This document shows, piece by piece, positions 46,000 to 56,955 of a stretch of DNA of 64,000 bases (positions are counted from its first letter, which is position 1; every line of letters begins with the position of its first letter). The notes under the pieces were generated by a model. The model saw nothing but the letters and a program-made list of their open reading frames with translations. It did not search any database and had not been told where the DNA came from. The stretch spans positions 186,001 to 250,000 of the forward strand of contig JAYWIR010000093.1 of assembly GCA_036172245.1 (NCBI GenBank), read 5' to 3'. Source of the DNA: Raillietiella orientalis. Taxonomy: Eukaryota. A program made the translations under genes and the position numbers.

Positions 46000-48873
46000 C
46001 TTCCCCCCCCGAGCATGCTCCCTCGCTTCGCATGGCTACCGCTTCCCAGGCGGCGCCTGCCTTTCGATGAAGGCTCTTCCGGAGACAGGCGGCCTGTCCG
46101 CGGATTCCCGAGGGGCGAGCCAGGTCCCGAGATCGGGACGCCGCCGGCTTCCTTCCGCGCTCCCTGCCACCAGAGGGACACCCTGACAGAGGCTATTCGT
46201 CGCGCGACATCTGCCGGAGGAAGGCTCGAGCGGCCGTCCGACGCTCCTCCCATCCGTGCAGGCGCGCCCCGCAGAAGGGTTTCTCCCTGCTACTCCCCAC
46301 TTCCAGATCTCTTCGCTTCACCCCGTCGGTGGACCGCGCCTTCCGCTGACGGCGCACCGCCGCCCCGGCAGCGGGAGGGCGCCTTCCCCGCCTGCGCTTC
46401 CGCCTCCCGGCTCTTTCATTGCGCCACGCGCGGATCCGCGTCATCAAGGAGAATGAGCGAGCCTCGGAGCGATTCGTCCATCGTCGCGACTCCCGGTCCG
46501 CTGTCACGGATGCCAGGAAAAGCCTCCCGGGACGTTCCGGTCGGACACGCCCTGCCGCCTGCCGGCCGCATTGCTCCTGACCAGCAACAGGGGACGAGCA
46601 GTCGAAGCGATCCGAACGAGGCGACGCGCAGCGCCATCGGCAACCTCCGGAGGCCGCGAGCGAACAGACGGAGCGAGAGAAATGCGGCGGAAATGCGTCC
46701 ACGGGAGAGGTCAGCGGCGCGACAGTGGAATCCCGCGAAAAATGCAGAGCCCCCTTCGGTAACCACGCATAAGCACCGGCTTGTGACCTCATGGCAGGGA
46801 CTCCTTGAAAGGCCGTCGCAGGCCGAGCACCCGGACGGACGGAGAGCGCGGATGGTCGCGCAGCAACCGTCTGCCCGCCCGAACGACGCGCGCATCCGCC
46901 TGCCGCCTCCGAGCGGAGTGCGGCGCCCCGAGGCTCCAAGGTGCCCCCTGGAGCCTCGCGGCGTTAGCCCTCGGTCCGTCGAGAGTGTGGAGCCGCGCGC
47001 GTCACGGCTCGCAGGTGTCAGCCACTTCCCCACGAGTTCACCTCAGAGGGAGCTGCCCGCGCAGAGAGCCGTCGTCAGACCAACTGTTGCACCGGTAACC
47101 GAGCGGCACCGTGGCCACGTACCGGCGCAGATTCAACTTTTAGAGGCGTTGGCTAGCGCCACTTGTGCGCCAGCGTTGCAGCCCAGGCAGGCGCCGAGAA
47201 TTCGGGACATAGTGAACCCTTCCGTCTTCGGCCTCGAAGTGTCACTCTCGAGCGTCTCTGGGTGAGGTCAAAATGACTCCGCCTAAGGGCACCCGGTGCT
47301 CATCTGAAGCTCGCTGCTGCCCATTCGCGTCTCTGGCGATGCCGGTCGGCACCCGTTGGAGATCGTTTCGCCGCCGGGCGTCCTTGCAGGAGAATCCCGG
47401 CAGCTCTTACGGAGGCGAACGCGATCTCCGCCTTCTCCCACCCGTCACGCCAGGAGACCGCCTCGCGCGACACGAACTTCATACGCTGAGGATCGCCACG
47501 CCCCCGAGCGGCGCCAACGGCGCGGACTCCCTCGCGTTGGAATCTTCCCGGGAAACGCAGAAGGCGCGGATGACCCGCGCGCTCCACTCGACCCTGTGGG
47601 TTGGTGCTGCCGCCGCGCGGGTTTCCGCTGCCGGATGGCTCTCGACCCTTCCAACTGCAGTGACCAACCCCCTCGAGCCACCGACGAGGCGCCGAAATCT
47701 GCAGCGACGGGAGCGATCGCGCCCAGCAAACGAGCGGCCGTTGACGTGGTAACCGGCAATGACGGATGACGGAGGCGCGTTCCAGCAAATCGCGGCCAAA
47801 TAGCCTAAGCTCTGCCTAAGCAGCCATCGTCGCAGCAGCGGCATCGCAACGGGGGCGTTGGCGCACCCTGACGAGGAAAGCAGCATTTCCAGCGATCTTC
47901 CCCAGCTGCCTTCTGCCTCCGCGGCGCAACGCTGTCTTTGCGCAATGAGCCGTCCGAGCATTCCCGACGAATCCCCGTGCGCTCTTCGTCGCCACCTGGC
48001 CGCTCGCGGGGTGCCAGCGAGCCATCAGCGCCCGCCGCCAGAGCTACAGACCGCGCGCGTCTGAGGGCAGAGGCGAAGAGCTTCGACGCCACGCCCTCAG
48101 GGGCTCCCCGACGCACGCGTCTTCCTAGCGGCGGTTCACCTCGAACGATTCCCGACGCGCTGCCTTGGCGTGATCCCGCTGTCGACTACGTCCGCATCGC
48201 ATGGCGGCGCGCGGAGCTAACTCGGGACCTTCCAAGTGGCTCCGTCCGAACCGGGCGCTAACGGATTCGGCAAATGCCACCCGGAACGTGGACCTCCTTG
48301 CCGTCAGCCCTCCGCTATTCCAGGAGACCCCCACCGTCCTTCACCTCTGCCTCGCAACGCTGCGAACTCTCTTCGCACGGCGAGACAGGAACGGACGACG
48401 GGAGGCGGCGCACCGCGAAGGAGCCGAAATCCGGGGCCGCGTTCGCGCGAAGCCTTGCTGGCGCCTCCTCGCAGCCGCTCAGTGAGAGTCGGACCCTGCG
48501 GCGATCTTCTCTGATCATCCGTCTGGAGGCAAGGCGCCTTCCCTTCGCCCTTGCGGAAGCCGCCGGGTCATTCGCGGTCAGGAGAAGACCTATTCCGACC
48601 AACCTAACCGATTCGGGAGCTCAGCGGGTCCTCACACCCCCGGGGTGAGCGACGACGACACTCCTCTTCCCCGATGTCAACGGCGCCAAAGATCAGCGAG
48701 ACAGCGACGCGCGCGGACGCGGACGCGGCGCCATCGCTGTTGCTCAACGCCCTCTGCCACGCGGCGAGCGGTCCGCGTCTTGATAAGTCTTCCTCCGCGC
48801 CCACTGGCAAACTCTGGACGCACAGTGCGATAACGCGGAGGAGTCCAGGGACACACGCGACCGGCGATGCCAC
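46000..48873 (-). mobile_element. Highly decayed LINE ORF2 relic D; 3' limit uncertain
   Basis: LRVIALCVQSL and VGIGLLL...GRRL...LSLSGCEEAP resemble APE motifs (NVxGL, GVAIL, GRxL, VYAP). RT traces are weak. Confidence 0.4.
47709..47801 (+). repeat. 93-nt direct repeat, copy 2
   Basis: Matches 43917-44009. Confidence 0.92.
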
Positions 48874-49418
48874 CCGGTCCCTCCGGGGCGTTCATTTAAA
48901 ACTCATCTGTACATTCGTGGCACGAGGACCCACTGAGGCAAACACATCGCGGGACCTGCCGCGTCGCCGGTAGGCAGACCGGCTTGACGGTCCTCGGCAG
49001 CGGAGGGGGATGGAGAAAAAGAAAAAGAAAGAGAAACAAAAAAAAAAAGAAACACTTCGTAGGGCCGGGAAGGGATCACAGACAGCTGGGGGGAAGGTCC
49101 ATCCTTTGCAGCATGCCGTCGAGGTCCCTGCGCATACCTCCCAGGTGGGGCCATCTGGTCGCAATTTGCAGGTAGCGAGCTGCGTGTACGATGGCGTCCC
49201 TTTCGCTGCTTTTTCTGCTGGCTGCGCTCCACGCAGCCACAATCCCTTGGATGCAGCAAAATGCTGCCAGGGCCGAGGCTGGTTGCAGGGCGTCGCTCAC
49301 AAAGTGAAGCCGTAAAACGTCCCTGGAGCGGCTGCCGACCACGATCCGGAGGGTCGTCGAGAAACATTCCCGCAGGAGCCGGAGGGCAGCGCAGTCCACT
49401 AGCAGGTGGGGCAGGGAG
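48857..49418 (-). mobile_element. 5'-truncated LINE copy B (same family as A)
   Basis: SLPHLLVDCAALR...FVSDALQPASALAAFCCIQGIVAAWS...ATRWPHLG aligns with the C-terminus of A; same 3' UTR layout. Confidence 0.82.
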
Positions 49419-51500
49419 GCGACCGGCGATGCCACCCGGGTACGCCGGGACGTTTATCAAAACATTTCTTCTGTCATTAAAGAACGTGGTACAAGGCCCC
49501 ACTGACGGCCACGCAATTCCGGACCTGCCGGGACACCGGGACGCAGCCCGGTGTGGCTCTCCTCGGCAGTGGAAGGGATGGGGGAGAAATAATAAAAAAT
49601 AAAATAAAATTAAGAAAAAAACAAAAAGAGTTTGGAGGGCCGGGAAGGGATCACATACAACTGCTGGGAGGGCCCATCCTTTGCAGGATGCCTTCGAGTT
49701 CCATCTTCAATCTTCCCAGATGGGGCCATCGGGTAGCTCTCTGCAGGAAGCGAACAGCATACTCGTTGACGTCCCTCACGATGCAATCTTCATCTTCGGC
49801 ATCACTCCAGGCAGCCACGATACCACGAATGCAGCAAAGTGCAGCCAGGGCTGCGGCTGGACTGAGGGCGTCTCGCACGAAAAGAAGACTGTGCACGCCT
49901 CTGGGGTTGCCGCCATCCGGTATCCCAAGGGCCGTTCTAAGAGGATCCCAAAGAATCCGGACGGCAGGGCAGTCAACTAAGAGGTGGGGGAGCGACTCCC
50001 GCTCCCCATACCTGGCACACGCAGGATTTACTCTTCCCCGCGTCCAGTGGAAGCGGCGCGCGTTGCAGGGTAGACCCCAATGCAGCCACAGAAGCGCCGA
50101 TTCTTGCCACTTCAGGGGAAGAATCCTGGATCCAAGTAGAACCGGGGGCCACTTCAGGTCATCCAATCGAATGCCGAGCAGCTCGCCCCATCTTCTTAAA
50201 CCACGCGGCTGGACACTAGGGAGGCGACCGGCGAAGGAGGAGCCAACAGAGCAGGGCAACTCGGTCTGCACCCGCGAAGCGCCCGATCGTTCGAAGTGGC
50301 TCCATCGATGGCACCGAGCCCAACGCCCATCCTCCTCGATGACCATCTCCCTGAGTGGCCGCCTGACGCCGCATACGCCTGCCTTCCCTTTCCGCCCGCG
50401 GGCGGCTTGACCAGCCGCTCGCGCGGGTTGCGGCTCTCCTCGACCCCATTTTGCGGCAGCGCGCCGACCAAGGACGGGAACGCCAACCGCTCGCTGCCAG
50501 GCGCCCACTCACCATCCGGGAGGGCCGAGCGCGCACGCGCGCACCATCGCCTCGGCCTCCTCTCCACGTCCGTCGTCTGGGAAACCACCAGCGTGCATTC
50601 CCAGCGCTCCCCGGAATCGAGCTTGAGCGCCGAGTTTACTCGAGCAGCACCACGGCCCACCTTTCCAGGCCCTACGTGGCGCAGGAGGCGCGCTCCCGTA
50701 GGGCGCTCTTGGAGACGCATCCCCACGAAAGGCACCGTTGCCGACGAAAACTCGGTTTCTCCGGAAACCCCGGCGTTTCCATCGTCCGCGCTGCTGGCAA
50801 CCTTCCCGGTTGCCAGGAAACAGCCGCCCGCTTGCCGCTTAGGCGGGAACGGAGCGACCACGCCTTCGTTTGTCCCGTGCGCTAACATCCGTCCCTCCCA
50901 CGCACGGGCGACGAAGCGCGACGCGCGCGAGCGACCAGCCTCCGCCGGCCCCTCGCGAGTTCGGGACGCGGACAGAAGGCATGGCGACAACCTCATACAT
51001 GGCAACGACGTCCTCGACCGCCTCAGCGCGTGCGCGTTCCTCCGCCCGCACTGAGCCGACACGCGGAAGACAGGGCGCCCCTGCCGACCCCCCCGGGCGC
51101 TCTGGCGAGGTCCCCTATCGGTATGCGGGACGGTGGCTTCACGCCCACGCCCGGTAGGCGCGTGGTCCACAGGAAGAGGCTCGTCGCAGACACGTGAGAC
51201 TGCCGCTCGCTCGGGTGCCAACTCGGCAGTAGCATCCGAGGAGACGTTCCGATTGCAAGCCGTGGCTCGTCTGCAGGGCGCCGTACGCCCTCGCCGCTGC
51301 AACGACAGACGCGTCGTCGTCGCTCGGGGAGCTCTGGCGGTGGGTGGCACGGGGGGCGGAATCCGCGTGGATGCCTGCAGGGCGTGGCAGCAGCGTGCGA
51401 CGGCAGGCAGCACGCCGAACGGATGGGCGACCTGAGCCCGTGTCCACACGGGCCGCGTCCATGGAGGCTCAGACGGAGGCAGCGGAGGAGGGGCGGTGAG
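49419..51500 (-). mobile_element. L1/Tx1-like LINE relic A (decayed RT, zf-RVT, 3' UTR); 5' limit approximate
   Basis: ORF 49651..50508 contains WLHWGLPCNARR...PACARYGERESLPHLLVDCP (zf-RVT-like). RGGRQGRPV near 51070-51095 resembles RT motif GVRQGCPLS. A pyrimidine-rich 3' UTR and terminal hairpin follow. Confidence 0.8.
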
Positions 51501-51599
51501 CGCCCAGTCGGACCGCCGGAAGCGGAAGCCACGCGCAGCCTCCCGGCACGTTAACTCGGAAAGGAGGCGAGGAGGAGGAACGCGCCAGAGACTCTCGTT

Positions 51600-52672
51600 T
51601 TGGCGTCGCCCGCGTCCGCTGACCCCGAGGGTCGTCGTCGCCCGTTGAGATGACCTGGGTCGCCTCGAGAGCGGCGCACACCCCGACTGAGCCGATGGGA
51701 AGAGGCCCTGGCGCCCTCGAGAGGCTGGCCGTGGGCACGAAGAACCTTCCGCGCTGCAGCGCTGCCTTCCCCCAGAGAACATCTGCGCAGCAGAATCGCG
51801 GCGAAATGATTGGTCACTGTGACCATCTCAGGAAGGGAGAAAGAACTGGGCGAGGGGAAGACGGGCCTGCTCGAAGACGCTGCGAGGCCTCGAGTGCACC
51901 ACCCCGTGGTCTGTTGCGCTGGGCCGCGTTGCTGAATGTTCCGTTGGAACATCCGAAGTGGCCCCCGGTGCTCATCAACATCCGCACTTTCCCATTCAAG
52001 TGGAAGCAGAAGACGCCGTTCGTCCTGCTCTGAGGTCTGCAGTCATCAATAGACGCGGGGTGTTGGGGTCCCCAACTGTGTCGGATGCGGGGAGCACGAA
52101 TCACTCTCCCATCACTCAGTGAATTGGGATGCCCTCCGATCCCTCTGGGGACACTTCGCCGCGACCCTGGGAACCCCTGGAGAAAATACCATGGATACTC
52201 TGGAACCCCTCTTCGTCCGCGACGCACTTGAACCGCAAGCCTCGCTTGAAGCCCCGTGCTGCCTAAGCGGGATCGACGCTGCATGCAGCCAGGCAACAGG
52301 AGGACCCAGCGATAGGGATGCCATCCAATTCGTCGTCGTCCTTCTCATCAGAATGGCGACGCGATGGTCCCACCTCGACATTTCAATACAGGAACATCTT
52401 GCCGGAATCCTGCAGAGGATGCAAAGGATCCGCTCCAGCAGGCAACGATCACTTCCCTCATCCCCCAACGTTTATTTCTCTTTATTTTTTCTTTCCTTTT
52501 TTTCATTTGCTTGCCCCCCTCCCCTCTGCTGCCGAGGCGGACCGCACTGTTCTACGAACCGATGACTCGGCAGGCTACCTTTAAGTTCTGCGTGGTTGGA
52601 CCGCCGGTCCGACCACTGTTCCCATGTAATGTGTATTTTTGAAATAAACGCCCCGGCGCAACCGGGTGGCAA
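51600..52672 (+). mobile_element. 5'-truncated LINE copy C (same family as A/B, opposite strand)
   Basis: KWPPVLINIRTFPFKWK, CVGCGEHESLSH, FVRDALEPQASL and ATRWSHL match A/B; T-rich UTR, AATAAA at 52643 and terminal hairpin. Confidence 0.8.
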
Positions 52673-55600
52673 TCGTGCGACTGACCGTGCTACAGTCCAC
52701 GTCTCTCCACGAGAAGCGACGGTCACGTGTCAGCGATGCTACGTGAGCCGCTCCGACCTTTTCTCCGCAAGGTCACCCGCGGGTGGTCCAAGAGGGGTCG
52801 ATCGACCGCGTTCCCGCAGCGGGAAGCCATGCTGCCCGTGGACCAGAGCGGCCTTCCCTCTGGCACCGCCGCATTCGTGGCAACCGTCTCCAAGCAGTGC
52901 GCGTCCTCCAGTCGCGGGAGCGCACGGTGGCGATCCGCTTTCCTTTGGGCAGCGCAACGAATTACACGTGGACGCCCACGCCTTTCTCTGGCGCTAGGCG
53001 GTGCCCAGCTGACCGACCCGCGAACGGGAGACAACCTTGTCATCCGCCTCGCCCACCTCGGCACGCGGCAATCCCAACAGCAAACATGGGGACCATTCGC
53101 TGCGCAGAAAAGGCGACAGTGGTCAGTCGGCCCGCGATTGCTACGAAACGGCGCGAGCAAAAGCGGGACGCTGGAGGAGCCTCCGGCAGCCGCGAGGGCG
53201 ACTGCGCCTTCCCACGCTCACCGGGTTGGAAGACGCCGCCTGACCTCCCCCGCAGAGTCACCCTCCTCCACGCTCCTGCTGGGGCGCTGCACGATCGACG
53301 TAACCGCGCGCGTCCCCCTCGGTCGGTCGCGAGGCACCCCCGGGCGTCGCAGCGCGTGCAAGTGACCGACGCGGAGACGCCCCGCGACCGCCCCTCTGCA
53401 AAAGCGACGGGTGGACCGAGGCGGCGCCGTGGCGCAGACCAGGACACGTTGAAGTGTTCCCCGGAATGGCCACCGCGGAGGTCAGATCCGTCCCCAGGGC
53501 GAAGCCGGCGGGATCGAAGGACGAGATGGCGCCGCTCACGCTGCGCGAGCGACCTTCAGAGAACCGGCTCTGCTGGAGCTCCGACGAAACGCGGAAACCG
53601 ACCGAGGCGCCCGCACCAGAGCGAGGACGGCGCGCTAGGCGACCAGCTGACCGACGCTCCCCGACCGCCCCTGCAACCCGACCCCGCGCGATCGCCCCCT
53701 CTTTAGGCGCCGTCGATCGATCGAGCGTGCTGCCTGGCAACCAGAGCAAACAGGGAGGGGGCGCTCCCGGTCCTCGAGGGGATCGGGTTGCCTCCTCCCG
53801 CAGCCGGCATGCCGTAGGGAAGCTGCCGATCGATTCAAGAGGGAGGAACTCGATCCGCGGGGAAGCCCTCCCCGTCCGCGAGCGCGGGGGTCCTCCCGGA
53901 CGCCGAATCGATCCCGGAAAGCTGCGCCTGGCGCATCCGTCTCGCGCGGCGTGTTACCAAGGGCGACGCGGAGGCGAGCGCGCGATGGGGAGGAATGCCG
54001 GGGGACAGAAGGCTGCGAATTCCAAGATCCCTCGGGCGGGAGGCGATCCGTCATGCCGGAACGCGTGGGCTCCCCCTCCCCCTTCTCACGCGCACGTGGA
54101 GAATTCCTGGCGCCCCATCCATCACGCGGACACCCTGAAAGGGCCGCCGCCTACCCCGCGCGCGGCCGGGCACTCCCATTGGCGCCCCGAGATCCCCGCC
54201 GGGAGACGCGGAGTCCCGGACGTCAGCAGGCGAAGAAAAGCCGGGAGCCAACGGCCTCGCACGTTGAGGCCAGCTGCTCCCCTGGCGCCCGGCAGGAACT
54301 CCAGGAATGCCGTCCCGGGAACGCGGGAGCGCTGCAGCTGGGCGTCCCCCGCGGCGGCGGAGGCTGCGACCGAAACGAGCGCGGGCATCCCCGGCGCCCT
54401 CGCCTGCCTTCCCGTCGTTGCCAGGAAAGCGGTCGTCCCCCACCCCCTCCGAACGGTCGGCACCTCGACAGCACAGCGACGCCACCGACCAGCAAGCCCT
54501 GAGGCTCGGCGAGGATCCTCCGCCCTCCCCACGCGCGAGAAAGCCAGCAGGGCCGCCAGCAGACCTGCTCCGCGTCGCATTTTTAAGGGAACGCAGGGAC
54601 GGACGCGCGCGCTGGTCTCCGATGAGGTGGACGGTGACCACCCAGCTTCCCCTTCCCCCCGCCGTAATACGGCAGCCAACCCGCGGTCCGATCGACGGGT
54701 CCGTTCCATGCGCCCCAAGCACGCCCCGCACGCCCTTCGGCCCTTCTCCGGGACCGAGGGATCCTCCGGTGCGCTCCCCACCCGCTCCCGCCATTCGCCG
54801 AGGGCGTCACGCACGGGGCACTCGTTCCCTTCCGCCTTTCGCGCACCTTCCGTCCGCCAGGAGCGTTGACGTCTGGTGCTGGGAGGGCGGTGACGCCAAT
54901 TCCATCCTGCCGAATCCCGCGGGCGACCGGCGACGGTCCCGACTCCGCCGAGGCGCCTTCGGCCCTCCTCGCTGCTGCATCGGCGAACAGAGGCCAGAAG
55001 GAGGCTGCGTACGGCCACCGCCTCGGGGCTCTCGGAACGGCTGACCTCGCGCGGTTGCCTGCGCTCCAGCTGCAGCCCAGCCGTGCATACTCGCCGGAGC
55101 GCTGAAGGAGTGCCACGGGCACGCCTCCGTGGCCCAGTTGAGGATGGGGGGGAGGCGGCAACGCTAGCGCGTCCGCACGGGCGAGCGTCGGCGGGTGGAT
55201 GCAGAGGATATACGTTCCTTTCGCGTTGCCACGTCGAACCAGGGCGTCCGCGTCTCCACGGAGACCAACGGGCGGACTCCTTTCGCCTCCGCCGTTCAGG
55301 GATGCCACGACGGGGCCCATCTCGCTCTTCCCTGCATCCCTTCGATGCCCGCGGGCCTGCGCCCGCGCCGTAGCGTTCAGATGGCGGGGACTCCACCGGG
55401 ACGCCTCCGGCGACGCTCGCGCTGCGACTCGGCCCACGCGGACGCAACCGCCCGGTCAGCTCTCGTCACCTCCCTCAAAGCTAGCTGCTCGGCAACCTCC
55501 CGTTAGACGGCGCGAGCGACGAAGCGCCAAGAGTAGAGGGGGAGGCGCCGGCCTTCCTGGCAAGGCCACGAGAGGCTGTCCCCAGGCGAGGATGTCGGCA

Positions 55601-56955
55601 ACCCCGAGACTTCCGAGGTCGCAGGTTGGGTAGGTACTCTCGGAACGGGCGCGCCCGATTCCGCAGTGCCTGCGGACGCGTCCTGCGCTGGCGCCGGGAT
55701 GGCCCCACGCACCGCGCCCGCTCGCGTCACGTTCGACGACCTTCCGGGTGGCGCGCGACGGTCCCGCGCCGCCCCGGGTGAACGGTTCAGTGACTTCCCG
55801 GTCGCTCGGCTCGGACGACGCAGAGCAGCTGCGCCAACCGCCCGGCCCACGGTTGACTTCAAGGAGGTCGCGGGCGCTCGGCTTCCTCCTAGGGCATTTT
55901 TCCCTGCACTTGCCTGGCCGCTGACCCCTGCGACCTGCCCGAGGATGCGCTCTCGGACGAGCGACGGCCGCAGCGGGAGCACGGCGTGGCCCCCGGCCTT
56001 GAACATGCTGCGGTCGGATGGCCAGCGGTGCCCACCGGGGGCATGGCCCGCGACCGCAGGCGGTTGTCCCTCACGGGGCCGGGCGGAGGAGTTGCGAGGA
56101 CGACCGACGGATAGCGGTGCGGAACGGCAGAGCTCTGCAGCTGCGCTGGACGCCGCTTCGGGTGACTTCCCGGGGACACCGGAAACTCCCCACCGCGCAG
56201 GCCTCCCCCTCGGTCGTGCCCGGAGACCGATTTCTCCCCGCAGGGGGTCGCCACACCCGAGCCGGAGGACCTGGCGTTAATTTCGAGCCAGTCTTCGGGT
56301 GCTCGCCCCGCTGGAAGGCGTCGCCTGGACCGAGGAGGAGTCTCGGCGGAGGTCGCCGGAGGGTCGCGGCGAGAAGACGCGCCGCCGCCACCAGGAGATG
56401 AGATGGCGGTGATGCTCCCGCGCAGAAACTGAGCCCGCGCACCGCAAATGGCCCCGGGACTGCGTCGCCGGCCGCGCGTGGTGACCGTCCGGCGCCCGCG
56501 TGGTCAATGGGCGGAGGCGGCAGCAGCGCGTCTTCGCCCGCCGACCACGCGCCCAGCGCGCTCGCGACGCGGCTCCATGGAAACGAGCGGATGGACCGCG
56601 CGCGTTCTCGTCCTCTCCGCGCCGCAGGAGGGACGGTCGATTGCGGGCGCCGCGGCGATCCGCGCCGTCCGCGTCGAGCCCGCGAGCGCGGAGGGAGGGA
56701 TAGGGCCCCTCTTCAGCTCTCCTCTCCTCCCATCCCCCCTTTCTTTGCTGCTCTTCGGTGTCGCCGGGGGCGACGCGCCCCGCCCGGGTCGCCCGCGTTC
56801 CCTCCGGCGGCCGGCGATCGAGCGCCGCCCCATCATTCGGAGCGGAAATCCCGGCTTCCGCTTTCCCGCTTTTCCATCCCGGAAGACCCATAAAACCGCC
56901 GTTCCCCGTCCCGTCGCGGTCGGCTTTTAAATCAAATCGACTTCCCGGGTGCCAT
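52666..56955 (+). mobile_element. Highly decayed LINE ORF2 relic E (APE-RT, ~4.3 kb)
   Basis: APE-like fragments at 52666-53000; SWRPIHHADTLK near 54105 (compare NWRPISLLNTDYK); pyrimidine tract near 56710; end motif ttttaaat...ccgggtgccatgg near 56925-56957 resembles the A/B/C termini. Confidence 0.45.

Noticed and set aside
49651..50508. Host zinc-finger gene family (with 49076-49435 and 52119-52565)
   Set aside because: 5' truncation, frameshifts, adjacent RT traces and shared termini fit retrotransposon copies.
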